A stretch of DNA of 64,000 bases, from assembly GCA_016201865.1 (NCBI GenBank), contig JACQCA010000025.1, positions 3,551-67,550 of the forward strand, in the 5' to 3' direction. Position numbers and translations under genes: made by a program. The notes below the pieces were generated by a model. It had not been told where the DNA came from. It ran no database searches and saw only the letters and a program-made list of their open reading frames with translations. Every line of letters starts with the position of its first letter. The stretch's first letter is position 1. This document shows positions 34,322 through 44,369 of the stretch, one piece after another. The stretch is from Nitrospirota bacterium. Its GTDB lineage: Bacteria > Nitrospirota > Nitrospiria > JACQBZ01.

Positions 34322-34355
34322 AAAAAGCCCCGTATCCGAATCGGCCATACGGGGC
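34322..34355 (-). terminator. probable intrinsic terminator
   Basis: GCCCCGTAT/ATACGGGGC stem followed by a T run on the - strand. Confidence 0.6.
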
Positions 34356-34417
34356 CATAGGTTGGGTTCTGATTAGGATAATACAGCCCTCAATGCTTGG
34401 TCAATAGAAAATAAATC

Positions 34418-35134
34418 TTAAAACACCAGTCCGAAACGAATCAGGATATTGCTCCGGTCTCCGGCGCCCAGCTCGATGCCGAAATGAAATATCTTGGATT
34501 CCGAATAATCCATCCCGATCATTCCGCCGATGGAACCGTCCTGTTTTGCCGTGCTGGAAACCCCGCCCGCCGGTCTGAGTTTATCCGTTCGACCGGAGAA
34601 TCTCAACCCCGTATAAAACCGGAAATCCGGCTCCGGAGCCGAAATCAGATCCTTCGAACCCACAAAAAAGCCGACCTCCTCTTCCGCCCATTGATCCTCC
34701 ATTGCGAAAACGACATTATTCCGCTCAAACCGGGAGGCCTTTCCGAATCGGTATTGCGCGGATAAACCTGCAAAATAGCCGCCCGAAAGCGGCCGGGTTC
34801 CTCGAAAGCCCATTCCCAGGACCGATCGCGTTTGGCTGCTTAAATCGGCCTTTTCCAATGCGACCTTTCCAAGGCCGGCCTTCACAAAAATTTCAAGCGG
34901 CTCCAGCAAACCGTACGTCAACTGAACCTCCTGCCGCGCCACCCTGAGACGGTCCTTGCCGGCATCTACCTTCATGTCCCGGCTGAACAACTCCGCCTGG
35001 AGATAGACGCTTAGCTTCCCCTTTCCCGTCACGAGCGGCGCGGGATTGGCCCAAGCCGTTCGGCTGAACAAAACCAGTCCTATAAGAACCCAAAAGACCT
35101 TCCGATTTCTTAGATTCATGGCCTTCCCCGTCAT
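34418..35134 (-). CDS. probable outer-membrane beta-barrel protein
   Basis: signal peptide, amphipathic beta pattern, terminal Phe (IRFGLVF). Confidence 0.6.
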   Translation of the reverse strand: MTGKAMNLRNRKVFWVLIGLVLFSRTAWANPAPLVTGKGKLSVYLQAELFSRDMKVDAGKDRLRVARQEVQLTYGLLEPLEIFVKAGLGKVALEKADLSSQTRSVLGMGFRGTRPLSGGYFAGLSAQYRFGKASRFERNNVVFAMEDQWAEEEVGFFVGSKDLISAPEPDFRFYTGLRFSGRTDKLRPAGGVSSTAKQDGSIGGMIGMDYSESKIFHFGIELGAGDRSNILIRFGLVF

Positions 35135-35170
35135 CCGGTCATGGATGGATCTGCTCGGTTTTCGTTGGGC

Positions 35171-36094
35171 TCAGCGTTTCCTGGGTTTGCGAATCTTCTC
35201 TTTTTTCAGTACGCTCTTGACGGCTTCGCCGATCACGGCCGGGTTTCGGACGACTTTCACACCGGCCTCTTCAAGCGTTGCGATTTTCTGTGCCGCCGTT
35301 CCCTTGCCGCCCGAGATGATCGCGCCGGCATGGCCCATCCGCCGGCCGGGCGGAGCCGTTACCCCGGCGATGAAACCGACGACCGGTTTCGTGACATGGG
35401 ACTTGATATAATCGGCTGCGCGTTCCTCGGCATCCCCCCCGATCTCGCCGATCATCACGATCGCCTCGGTGTTCCTGTCTTTCTGAAACAGTTCAAGAAC
35501 GTCCGTGAAATTCGTCCCGTTTACCGGGTCGCCGCCGATCCCGATGCAGGTGGACTGCCCAAGACTGAGCTCGGTCAACTGCCAGACCGCTTCATAGGTC
35601 AGCGTGCCGCTGCGGGAGACGACCCCCACCGAACCTTTTTTATGGATGAAGCCCGGCATGATCCCGATCTTGCATTCCTCCGGGGTAATGATCCCGGGAC
35701 AGTTGGGACCGATCAGACGGATCGTGCGTTTCCCGTTGTCTGAGGCCGTTTTTCCGGCGATGAACCGTTTTGCGCGGATCATATCGGCCAACGGGATTCC
35801 CTCGGTGATGCAGACGATCAGGCCGATTCCGGCATCGGCCGCCTCCATGATCGCGTCGGCTGCAAACGCCGGCGGCACAAAGATCATCGAGACATCGGGC
35901 TTCACGGCCTCCACGGCCTCCGATACCGTGTTGAAGACCGGAACCCCTTCAAACGCGGTTCCCCCTTTTCCGGGAGTCACACCGCCGACGATCTTCGTCC
36001 CGTACTCGCGGCAGGCCGCGGCATGGAACGATCCTTCCTTGCCCGTGATTCCCTGGACGACGACTTTGGTATTTTTGTTGACGAGGATGCTCAT
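35171..36094 (-). CDS. sucD: succinyl-CoA synthetase alpha subunit
   Basis: [27 protein letters not shown]. Confidence 0.97.
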   Translation of the reverse strand: MSILVNKNTKVVVQGITGKEGSFHAAACREYGTKIVGGVTPGKGGTAFEGVPVFNTVSEAVEAVKPDVSMIFVPPAFAADAIMEAADAGIGLIVCITEGIPLADMIRAKRFIAGKTASDNGKRTIRLIGPNCPGIITPEECKIGIMPGFIHKKGSVGVVSRSGTLTYEAVWQLTELSLGQSTCIGIGGDPVNGTNFTDVLELFQKDRNTEAIVMIGEIGGDAEERAADYIKSHVTKPVVGFIAGVTAPPGRRMGHAGAIISGGKGTAAQKIATLEEAGVKVVRNPAVIGEAVKSVLKKEKIRKPRKR

Positions 36095-36096
36095 GC

Positions 36097-37281
36097 CTAT
36101 CCCTTTTTCGTTTTCTCTGCCTGCTTAATCCCCATCTGAACGACGCCGCCCCGCTGTCCGACCCAGACATTCCGTTCGGAATCGACCGTGACGGCATAAA
36201 CATCGTCGCCGATCAGACCGTCCGCCTTTGTATAGCTCTTCCAGGCCGTTCCATTAAAGCTCGACACGCCGTGATTGGTTCCGACCCAGATCAGCCCTGA
36301 CGGATCGCGTTCCAAGGCATAGACGACATTCCCGGATAATCCCTGTTGGGTGGTGTAGTTCGTCCAGCGCTTCCCGTCGAAGCGGCTGACGCCGCCGCCC
36401 CAGGTGCCGAACCATTTATCGCCGCGGGCATCGATCATGATCGTGAAAATATAATTTTCGTTGTAGGTCTCTTTTCCTTTATCATCCAAAACACTCAGGT
36501 CATGGAAGTGGCCGGCGTAACTCCGCCCCGGCGCTAATTCTACACCGGGATTCTCCTGCAGGGCCTCATACGCTTCTCCCGACGTCTTTTTTCGGGCGAG
36601 GGCCAATTCGTTGGGAGCCCCCAGACCGTCCTTATGGGTATAGGCGGCCCACTGTTTTCCGGCCGGAGCCGCAGGATCAAACCGATTCACGCCCTCCTCG
36701 GTGCCGAACCAAAGCGACCGGTCGCGATCCACCGCCAGACCGTAGACCCATTTATTCACGAGTCCGTCTTTGGTGTTGTACGTCGCGAATCGGGATCCTT
36801 CGGGAGCGGACGGATCGTATCGGGTCACGCCGTCCCACGTCGCGATCCACATGCCGCCGTCGGGATGAAAATCAATGTCGTACACCCATAAATCGGACAG
36901 CCCGTCCTGTTTGCCGAAAGCCGTCCAGGCGGCTCCGTCAAAACGGAGCAGACCGCCGGCATCCGTTCCAAACCACAATCCTCCTTTTGCATCCTTATTA
37001 ATCGTGAAGACGTAGTTGCTCGTCAAACCGTCGTTTTTGGTATAGGTCCGGACGAGCCCGCCGTTGACGCGATTGACCTTGATGATTCCGGTAGACGTTC
37101 CGACCCATAAAAAAGCGCCGTCCGACTTCAGCGCGCGAACCACATTGCCCGGACCCGTGTTGAAACTCGCCATGACCTTGTAGTCCGGCATGGGCGGACT
37201 TTTTTGGGCGCAGCCCCAGAAAAGTAAAAGGCTGCTCAGGATAACGACGATCGGTCGGCGCGGTTGTCGGCGGGTTGACAT
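36097..37281 (-). CDS. lipoprotein with two-component-regulator (Reg_prop) beta-propeller repeats
   Basis: MSTRRQ..LLFWGC lipobox; repeated DGL..V..I..D..G.LWFGT; ATG overlaps sucC stop (TGATG). Confidence 0.85.
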   Translation of the reverse strand: MSTRRQPRRPIVVILSSLLLFWGCAQKSPPMPDYKVMASFNTGPGNVVRALKSDGAFLWVGTSTGIIKVNRVNGGLVRTYTKNDGLTSNYVFTINKDAKGGLWFGTDAGGLLRFDGAAWTAFGKQDGLSDLWVYDIDFHPDGGMWIATWDGVTRYDPSAPEGSRFATYNTKDGLVNKWVYGLAVDRDRSLWFGTEEGVNRFDPAAPAGKQWAAYTHKDGLGAPNELALARKKTSGEAYEALQENPGVELAPGRSYAGHFHDLSVLDDKGKETYNENYIFTIMIDARGDKWFGTWGGGVSRFDGKRWTNYTTQQGLSGNVVYALERDPSGLIWVGTNHGVSSFNGTAWKSYTKADGLIGDDVYAVTVDSERNVWVGQRGGVVQMGIKQAEKTKKG

Positions 37282-38444
37282 CAGGATTGAATGAGGCTGA
37301 CGATCTTCTGGGCCCCCTCCCACATCGTCCGCGCCACGATAAGGTTCAGTCCGGATTCGGCGAGCATCTGCCGCGCCTCCTCGGCGTTCGTCCCTTCCAG
37401 CCGCACAACCAGCGGAACCTTGATGGCGACCTCTTTTGCGGCATCCATTACGCCGCCAGCGATCCGCTCGCATCGGACGATCCCGCCGAAGATATTGATG
37501 AAGACTCCCTTGACATTCCGGTCCGACATCAGAATCGTGAAGGCCTGCTTCACGGTTTCCTTCGAGGCGCCGCCCCCCACATCGAGGAAGTTGGCCGGGA
37601 AGGAACCGGCGAGCTTGATCGTGTCCATGGTGGCCATCGCCAGGCCGGCCCCGTTCACCATGCAGCCGATGGCCCCATCGAGTTTGACGTAGTTCAGACC
37701 GTATTGCGAAGCCTGAATCTCGAGAGGGTCTTCCTCGTCAAGATCGCGGAGCGCCTTGATGTCGTCATTCCGGTAAAGCGAATTATCGTCAAAGGTCACC
37801 TTGGCGTCCAATGCGATCAACTTTTGATCTCGGGTGACAACGAGCGGATTGATTTCGACCACGGAAGCGCCCTTTTCCATGAAGAGACGATAGAGGTTTC
37901 CCAACATAAGGACGAAGAGGCCGATGATCTCTTTTGCGAGCCCCAGGCGATAGGCCAGCATCCGTCCGTGAAAGGCCTGATAGCCGGCGGACGGATCGAT
38001 CAGGGCTTTGAGAATTTTCTCGGGCGAATGGGCCGCGACTTCTTCAATCTCCATGCCGCCCGCACGGCTCGCGATGAAGACGGGCCAGCCCGAAAACCGG
38101 TCTACGAGGAGGCTCACGTACAGTTCGCTCGCGATATCCGCGCCCTCTTCAATCAAAAGACGCTTCAACTTGCGTCCTTCCGGGCCGGTCTGATGGGTAA
38201 CGAGGACCTTTCCCAGAAGCTCCTTCGCCAGCGTTTCGACCTGCGCGCGCTCCTTGGTCAGCTTGACGCCGCCGGCCTTCCCCCGTCCGCCGGCATGAAT
38301 CTGGGCCTTTACCACATAGACGGAGGATTGAAGCTGGTCGGCCCAAGCTTTCGTCTCCTCGACTGTGGCGACGGCCTTCCCGCGTGGCACGGGGATATTA
38401 AACTGAGTAAAGAGCTGCTTGGCCTGGAATTCGTGGATGTTCAT
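37281..38444 (-). CDS. sucC: succinyl-CoA synthetase beta subunit
   Basis: MNIHEFQAK, KAQIHAGGRGKAGGV, NGAGLAMAT, NIFGGIVRC. Confidence 0.97.
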   Translation of the reverse strand: MNIHEFQAKQLFTQFNIPVPRGKAVATVEETKAWADQLQSSVYVVKAQIHAGGRGKAGGVKLTKERAQVETLAKELLGKVLVTHQTGPEGRKLKRLLIEEGADIASELYVSLLVDRFSGWPVFIASRAGGMEIEEVAAHSPEKILKALIDPSAGYQAFHGRMLAYRLGLAKEIIGLFVLMLGNLYRLFMEKGASVVEINPLVVTRDQKLIALDAKVTFDDNSLYRNDDIKALRDLDEEDPLEIQASQYGLNYVKLDGAIGCMVNGAGLAMATMDTIKLAGSFPANFLDVGGGASKETVKQAFTILMSDRNVKGVFINIFGGIVRCERIAGGVMDAAKEVAIKVPLVVRLEGTNAEEARQMLAESGLNLIVARTMWEGAQKIVSLIQS

Positions 38445-38615
38445 TGGATGATATCCTGATTGATTGAGCTAACGGAGAGGCATTTTATCAGAGGATAAGG
38501 CGTGAAAGCAACTGGGATTTATGGACGGATTTTGCACGATCCATTCCATCCTTGCTTAAGCCCACGGCGCGGTTCATAATAGGTTCATCCACAAAATAAG
38601 CAGGAGGAACCCGTT

Positions 38616-38777
38616 ATGATGCTTTATATCCACAAGGACTGCGGTGAGCCCGCGGTAGAGCGGCCGGACGCCATCATGCCGGAACTTCCCGCCGAATTCC
38701 CCTTCACCTGCTTAAGCTGCCTCGGGGAAATCGAGGATGAATCGGATCTCACTGCGGTCGAGCTGATGAGCCAGTAG
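38616..38777 (+). CDS. 53-aa putative zinc-ribbon protein (not in ORF track)
   Basis: MMLYIHKDCGEP...FTCLSCLGEIE; AGGAGG RBS; TTGCTT-17-CATAAT upstream. Confidence 0.7.
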   Translation: MMLYIHKDCGEPAVERPDAIMPELPAEFPFTCLSCLGEIEDESDLTAVELMSQ

Positions 38778-38884
38778 ATGATCCCCGCGCGCAGTGTTTG
38801 ACGGCTCTGCTGTTCCACTTTTCCATTGTCCATCCTTTCACCCGAGTGTTTCAACAAACAACAAAAGATTTGACCCTTCACTTA

Positions 38885-39771
38885 TTAGTCAATAACGATA
38901 TCAACATTACTTCTGGAGCACCCTATGATGAATGAATTAGTGCCGATCATCACTTTATCCTCCCCGATAATTATGGGTTCGTAATTAGGGAAATGGAAAG
39001 TTCCTATGAGTTTAATTGAAGAAGAATTGAGATAACGGACGTTTAGAACTTGTCTCGCTTGTTGATCATATACAATCAGGGTATGGCTGTCTGGTCGTTC
39101 TATCCGAAAGTAATTATTTGGGTTTATATCAAATTTGTTCTTGTCGATTGTTGCCACTATTCTGTGGTCTGCGCTAAAGATTTTTGCGGTTAAGTAGATC
39201 GCATCTGCCTCCTTACCGAATGAGATCAGGTCCTCGCTGGCGACTCTTAAAACTGTATGAGGGAATTGGTCTGAAAAAAACGCTGATTTACCAATGTAGA
39301 CTGTAAAAAAATTAGATGGAATGTTGCATCGGGTTATAGGTGTGGGATCGTTTGCGGGCTGAAGGACTCCAGACATTTTGTTTTCATTCGCTTGTGAGGA
39401 TTGCTCGGATTTTCTCTGTGTAAGGACTTTAAGAAAAGCCTCATAGGAATCTTTATCGAGCGCATCATTTCCGTAATCTGTGCAAAGACGGAAGTGTAGC
39501 ACCTCAAACTCTTGCAGACCTGGTACCTCAGCCCGGATTCTCTGGTAAGTCTGTTGAATTTCTCCACCTGCTTTTAACGCTTCCTTAATCTTTGGAATAG
39601 ATGCTTCTACTTTTTCCTGGACCGAGGCAGTAAGAACGTCGGGTGGTGGTTCGTAACAATATACTACTTGACCGTCTTTCCGAATCAATTTATGTTCGTT
39701 CCTTGAGGATGGCAGACTCGCACAAGAGATGAGAAAAATATGGTAAGTAAAACAAAGTATTTGCGCAACAT
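38885..39771 (-). pseudogene. AT-rich lipoprotein gene frameshifted in its signal peptide
   Basis: ATG 39771 with GGGAG RBS gives MLRKYFVLLTIF; adding one T to the T5 run (39734-39738) continues FLISC-ASLP into the 267-aa ORF. Confidence 0.65.
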
Positions 39772-39850
39772 ATAATTCTCCCTATCTTTTGTTATTTGTC
39801 TTCCTCGTGTCTTTCTTGTCGATGAATCCATTCATCTGAAGACATGGGTA

Positions 39851-40052
39851 ATGGGACGGGTTTAGGGTAACAACTTTGTGAGAGATGTAAGAACCAGGGC
39901 GGATCACGGGTTTCCTTTTCTCCATCCGGCGGATGTGACCGTCTGAAAAAATCAAAAACGGCAGGAATGGCTCGACTGAGCGACTCGACCGAGTTCGTCG
40001 AGGGCTCGCCGAAGTCGGCCCGCGCCGGAAGAATAATGGATGGGATTATACC
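39851..40052 (-). repeat. conserved leader element, copy 1 (carries a 48-nt insertion)
   Basis: aligns with 45596-45752, e.g. TTCCTTTTCTCCATCCGGCGGATGTGACCG identical. Confidence 0.9.
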
Positions 40053-40073
40053 GGTTTAAGCGGGAGAGGTCAA
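40045..40073 (-). promoter_or_regulatory. sigma70 promoter
   Basis: TTGACC-17-TATAAT on - strand. Confidence 0.75.
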
Positions 40074-40107
40074 TGTTCTCGTAGAGGGAGTTCGAAGGGC
40101 GGAGCGG

Positions 40108-40350
40108 CTATTTCTTCATCAAGTCAACTTCCGCGCTCGTACCGGTCGCAACATTCTCCACAATCAATTTGCCGGCTTCCCGACCGCGCAATTGTTCGTT
40201 GGCGTCCAGCAGCTCGATGCCGTACACCGTCCCATCCGGAGCCAGGTCGACATTCAGTGATTCACTTACATGGACCGTCTCCACCTGGGCCGTTTTCTCT
40301 TGCAGGCGAAGATAAGCAATGTTGTGTTTTGGATCATAGGTCAACTTCAT
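40108..40350 (-). CDS. DUF2283 family protein (putative antitoxin)
   Basis: MKLTYDPKHNIAYLRL..DGTVYGIELLDA. Confidence 0.88.
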   Translation of the reverse strand: MKLTYDPKHNIAYLRLQEKTAQVETVHVSESLNVDLAPDGTVYGIELLDANEQLRGREAGKLIVENVATGTSAEVDLMKK

Positions 40351-40360
40351 GATGGCCCTC

Positions 40361-40612
40361 CTAAAAGAATCGGGCGATAAATGTAATCGCCAGCCAGTCT
40401 TTTCCTTCTCTTACCGCGTATACTTCCACCTGCTTGGTTGCATAAACCTTTCCCCTCCAGATTTTGCCGAAAGGGAAATTTCTTCTGAAACCCGTTCTCC
40501 CATACTTGGCCGGGAAGGTTTCGCCCGTTTCTACGGCAGTAATGACTTCCGCTTCGGTCGCCCCTCTTTCATTCAGCCGTTCGACCGCGTGCGGATGCAG
40601 CCTGACACTCAT
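40361..40612 (-). CDS. DUF4258 family RelE-like putative toxin
   Basis: LHPHAVERLNERG..WLAIT; directly upstream of DUF2283. Confidence 0.8.
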   Translation of the reverse strand: MSVRLHPHAVERLNERGATEAEVITAVETGETFPAKYGRTGFRRNFPFGKIWRGKVYATKQVEVYAVREGKDWLAITFIARFF

Positions 40613-40827
40613 CCACGTTCACCACGACGTTATCATAGAAGGAGTGTTGTTTAAAGAAACCCCTTAAATCGGGATTCATTATCCGAACGGATCTTACGAT
40701 ACCGGAATTTTACCGAGAAGGCAAGCGAACAAAGGAAGCGGATGGAGCCGGCAGTTTTGACTCCGGAAGCATCCGATGGTATGATGATCCGCTCAAACAC
40801 AACCTGTCACGAGGAAACGGACGTTTC

Positions 40828-41985
40828 ATGGACGAAAACTCCTTTTGGAATAATCTCTCCCGGCCGATCGTCGGCCTCGCCCCGATGGACGGCGTGACAG
40901 ATGCCGCGTTTCGCGCCATCACGGCCCGGCATGGAGGCCCCGATCTCAGTTTCACGGAATTTGTATCGATCGACCGGATCGTATCGGGCTATGATCCGGA
41001 TCTGGCCGAGCTCCGTTACAGCGAAATCGAGCGGCCGGTGATCGCGCAGGTTTTCGGGACGGACCCCGAGGCCTTTTATCGCACCGCGCATCTCATCTGC
41101 GAGTTGGGCTTTGACGGGATCGACATCAACATGGGCTGCCCGTCAAAAACCATCGCACGCGCCGGGGCCGGAGCCGGATTGATACGCACGCCCGAGCGCG
41201 CGAGAGAGATTCTCCGGCGGGCACAGCAGGGAATACGGGACTGGGCCGCCGGTCAGGCGATCGACCGGATCGGCCTTCCGGCCACCGTTCCGGAGGACGT
41301 CCGGCGCGCGAAAGCCCTCTGGTTCGGAAGCGCCGTTGATCCGGTCGTGAACGCCCCACGACAAACGATCCCCGTCTCGGTCAAGACGCGCCTGGGATAT
41401 GGCCGGATCGTCATTGACGACTGGATTCCCTCCCTTCTTTCAGAATCTCCGGCCGCGATTACGCTCCACGGTCGAACGCTGACCCAGAATTATGCCGTCG
41501 AGGCCGACTGGGAGGCGATCGCGCGCGCGGCCGAGATCGTTCGGGGTTCCCGCACGCTGATCCTGGGCAACGGCGATATACGATCCACCGCGACGGCCGT
41601 CCGCCGGATTCGCGAGACCGGCGTCCACGGTGTTTTGGTCGGCCGTGCCGCGATGGGAAATCCCTGGATCTTTACCGCCTGTGATTCGATACGAACCGCC
41701 GTTCAGACCGGAGAGGCCCCGATGACTCCATCGGTTTCGCACAGCGAGAAATTGGCCGTGGCATTGGAGCATGCCGGGCTGTTCGACCGAATTCGCGGAG
41801 AAGTTTCGTTTCGAGTCGCACGTAAATTCCTTTCCGCTTACTGCCGCGGTTTTGAAAACGCGTCCGAGCTGCGTCAACGCCTCGTCCGGGTCGATACGCT
41901 CCGGGAATTGGAGGCGATCCTCCAACCCGCGGCCACCTTCGTGGCCATCCCTGCACCCACGACTGTGGGTGTCGTATGCGCCTGA
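40828..41985 (+). CDS. tRNA-dihydrouridine synthase family
   Basis: LAPMDGVTD, DINMGCP, VSVKTRLG, HGRT, GNGDI. Confidence 0.92.
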   Translation: MDENSFWNNLSRPIVGLAPMDGVTDAAFRAITARHGGPDLSFTEFVSIDRIVSGYDPDLAELRYSEIERPVIAQVFGTDPEAFYRTAHLICELGFDGIDINMGCPSKTIARAGAGAGLIRTPERAREILRRAQQGIRDWAAGQAIDRIGLPATVPEDVRRAKALWFGSAVDPVVNAPRQTIPVSVKTRLGYGRIVIDDWIPSLLSESPAAITLHGRTLTQNYAVEADWEAIARAAEIVRGSRTLILGNGDIRSTATAVRRIRETGVHGVLVGRAAMGNPWIFTACDSIRTAVQTGEAPMTPSVSHSEKLAVALEHAGLFDRIRGEVSFRVARKFLSAYCRGFENASELRQRLVRVDTLRELEAILQPAATFVAIPAPTTVGVVCA

Positions 41986-42599
41986 TCCTCGCATCAACCT
42001 CCCCGCGCCGGAAAGAAATCTTGTCGCTGCTCGGCCTCCCCTTCGAGCTTGTATCGCCCGGCCTGGAGGAAATATTCCGGCCCGGCCGGTTCCCCGCGGA
42101 TGAAGCGGTTTACTGGGCGATTGAAAAAACCCGCGCGGTGAATCGCCTCTATTTGGACGCGATCGTGATCGGGTCCGATACGGTGATTGACCTGGATGGC
42201 AAATCGATCGGTAAACCGGTTGATCAGGACGACGCCGTACGGATTTTATCCCTTCTGGTCGGCCGGACTCATACGGTCGTTACGGCCGTCGCGGCGGTCG
42301 TCAGAGGTGGAAAGGAATCTATTGCAGTCGAAAAGACGAAAGTGCGGATGCTTCCGGCTTCCAGGGAGATTCTCGTACAATATGCCGCGACCGGCGAGCC
42401 ACTGGACAAAGCCGGCGCCTACTTGCTTCAAGGAGAAGGACGGAAGCTGATCGAATCGCTCAAAGGCGACTATCTTTCCGCAGTCGGTCTTCCCCTGCGC
42501 GCCCTGGCCGGGTTATTGCGAGAGGCCGGAATACGGACCAAGGTGGATGTCGAATTGATCTATCGCCAACGCAACATTATGAACTGGCGGAGTTATTAG
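41976..42599 (+). CDS. maf: Maf family nucleotide pyrophosphatase
   Basis: ILASTSPRR, GSDTVI, GKP, DKAGAY. Confidence 0.92.
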   Translation: MRLILASTSPRRKEILSLLGLPFELVSPGLEEIFRPGRFPADEAVYWAIEKTRAVNRLYLDAIVIGSDTVIDLDGKSIGKPVDQDDAVRILSLLVGRTHTVVTAVAAVVRGGKESIAVEKTKVRMLPASREILVQYAATGEPLDKAGAYLLQGEGRKLIESLKGDYLSAVGLPLRALAGLLREAGIRTKVDVELIYRQRNIMNWRSY

Positions 42600-42618
42600 G
42601 ATTATGCCGATCCATGAT

Positions 42619-42810
42619 TCAGAGACCGCCCCGACGAAAAGCATCCCGAACCTGTCGGGCATCCGCAGACAACGCAGCAAAAAGAAATCGGTTTGCCTCT
42701 TCCAACCACGTCAGGCGGGTCGCAATGGACCACTGCATATATTTTAAGATGGCCTCATCGGTAAGATGATAATGGTAGCCGTTTGAAGGCGGCCGTGTTT
42801 CATCTGTCAT
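42619..42810 (-). CDS. small partner protein of the adjacent nucleotidyltransferase
   Basis: 63 aa; start overlaps NTase stop; RLTWLEEANRF. Confidence 0.6.
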   Translation of the reverse strand: MTDETRPPSNGYHYHLTDEAILKYMQWSIATRLTWLEEANRFLFAALSADARQVRDAFRRGGL

Positions 42811-43312
42811 CTTCCTGGCCTCTCTTTCGAAACTGCTTGATGCGCTCCAGAGTTTCGATATCATCCAAGTCCTGCTGCCGTCCGGCCGCGCGCTTCATGG
42901 CGATCAGGTGATCGATCGAGATGACAGGAACCCTCACAGACTCAACAGTCAATACCGTTTTATTCCGATCAGCCTCCTCGAATGGAATCGGGCTTTCCAA
43001 AAGAAGATCGACTTCCTGATATTGGATCTTAGGATGAATAAAGGTGAAGGCCACCAAGCCCTTCGTCTTTTTCCAGTCTTCCCTCACCTCGGGCGAGAGC
43101 AGATTCTTGGCATCCACCGGAAGTCGCGGTCGATAACCCAATTCCGCAAGGGTTTCCAACAAACGGGAAAGATTGCCCCGGTTCAGATCGGCCACGATGT
43201 CGAGATCGGCCGTCATACGCGGCGCGCCGTGCAGATTTATCGCAAGCGCGCCGACAACCGCATATCGAATTTTCCGTTGATCAAACGCGCGGAAGACATC
43301 AAGATAAAACAT
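42800..43312 (-). CDS. nucleotidyltransferase (AbiEii/DUF6036-like)
   Basis: YAVVGALA..HGAPRMTADLDI, LIAMK..GRQQDLDD. Confidence 0.82.
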   Translation of the reverse strand: MFYLDVFRAFDQRKIRYAVVGALAINLHGAPRMTADLDIVADLNRGNLSRLLETLAELGYRPRLPVDAKNLLSPEVREDWKKTKGLVAFTFIHPKIQYQEVDLLLESPIPFEEADRNKTVLTVESVRVPVISIDHLIAMKRAAGRQQDLDDIETLERIKQFRKRGQEDDR

Positions 43313-43393
43313 GCCCTTACGTTACCAAGTCCAAGTCGTTCTGTCAAATCGACACCTTGGGTCAAGCAGGCTGGCTGGTTGGGTCTGAATGAT

Positions 43394-43486
43394 TTAGGAT
43401 TTAACTACGGCCGAGGCGATCTCTTCGTGGGCCAATGTGTCCGCTGTATACCCGATCGCGGCCTGAACATCTTCATGCGTGAGCTT
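43394..43486 (-). pseudogene. 3' remnant of a DUF433 gene
   Basis: KLTHEDVQAAIGYTADTLAHEE resembles the C-terminus of the DUF433 protein at 58606-58836 (VTAEDVQAALSYAAETLAEE). Confidence 0.7.
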
Positions 43487-43548
43487 TTGATTCGATCAGT
43501 AATCGTCGGCGGCTTTATTGCTCCGTTGTTCTATCCCCCGCGGCCTAC

Positions 43549-43995
43549 TCACGATAACACCAGCACCTCCAGCTCTTTGACCCGTTTCAATTTCGAGTCA
43601 TTCCCGATAAATCCCGTCGCGCGGGAATGAAGCGCGGTAGCCAGCAAAACCGCATCGGGCGTTTTCAACTCGTACTCCGCCCGCAATCGGGCCCCTAAAT
43701 CGGCCACCTCGATCGAAACGTCGACCCAATGGATATGAGGATACGTAGTCAAAAGACCGTAGAACCGATTGACGATTGGATCGTTTTGGGTTCGATAAGG
43801 CTGGACGAGAACCTCCAGAAGCGAGAGCGTGGAACAAACCGCGGCGTTTCGCCCCGCTTCAATCGATTCAAATACTCTTTGGGCGAGGGCTCCGTAGGAA
43901 ACGTGCGCTTCAATGAAATAGATCAGGAGGTTTGAATCCAGTCCGATGCGCCGATGCCGGCCCAAAAATTTCTCCAGGACTGGAACGCTCACCAC
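43549..43995 (-). CDS. PIN-domain toxin (VapC family)
   Basis: IGLDSNLLIY, LLEVL, KTPDAVLLATA, ND. Confidence 0.9.
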   Translation of the reverse strand: MVSVPVLEKFLGRHRRIGLDSNLLIYFIEAHVSYGALAQRVFESIEAGRNAAVCSTLSLLEVLVQPYRTQNDPIVNRFYGLLTTYPHIHWVDVSIEVADLGARLRAEYELKTPDAVLLATALHSRATGFIGNDSKLKRVKELEVLVLS

Positions 43996-44207
43996 GACCG
44001 GCGTTCCCGTTTCAAATAATTTTTTGGATAGAGGCCCTTCCCCGAGCCCGCAAGCGTGTCGGCATACTTCCTGGGTTTCGGCATCAAGATCGTGATGTCG
44101 CCTTTGACGACCACCAGGAGCGAATCGCCTCCCCGGACCTTCATCGCCGCCCGCGCCTCCTTCGGAAGAACGATCTGATTTTTCGAAGACAGCTTCAAAT
44201 AAGCCAT
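43989..44207 (-). CDS. AbrB/MazE-type antitoxin
   Basis: KLSSKNQIVLPKEAR..GD; overlaps PIN start. Confidence 0.9.
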   Translation of the reverse strand: MAYLKLSSKNQIVLPKEARAAMKVRGGDSLLVVVKGDITILMPKPRKYADTLAGSGKGLYPKNYLKRERRSW

Positions 44208-44244
44208 GGCTCCCTCCCGTTGCACCCCATAGAATGATGCTTTA

Positions 44245-44264
44245 CTTTACCATAAATTGTAAAG
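44245..44264. promoter_or_regulatory. candidate TA autorepression operator
   Basis: CTTTAC-8nt-GTAAAG inverted repeat upstream of AbrB-PIN. Confidence 0.4.
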
Positions 44265-44369
44265 CGGCGCAAGCCGTTCAATATCACCCACCCGGCTTCC
44301 CCTTCCTTTACTGTTCTACTGATCCAATATTCCATTCTCCAGCCCCTCCCCCTCCCCGCGCGCAGGCTT

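Noticed and set aside
36097..37200. Repetitive region as a possible CRISPR or nucleotide repeat array
   Set aside because: Repeats are protein-level propeller blades, not identical DNA repeats with spacers
37282..37473. Upstream extension of the 458-aa propeller ORF
   Set aside because: Overlaps sucC; the signal peptide begins at ATG 37281
42908..43630. 240-aa + strand ORF
   Set aside because: Antisense to NTase, DUF433 remnant and PIN genes
44285..44369. C-rich tract between TA modules (possible G-quadruplex or REP remnant)
   Set aside because: Irregular, single copy, no clear structure
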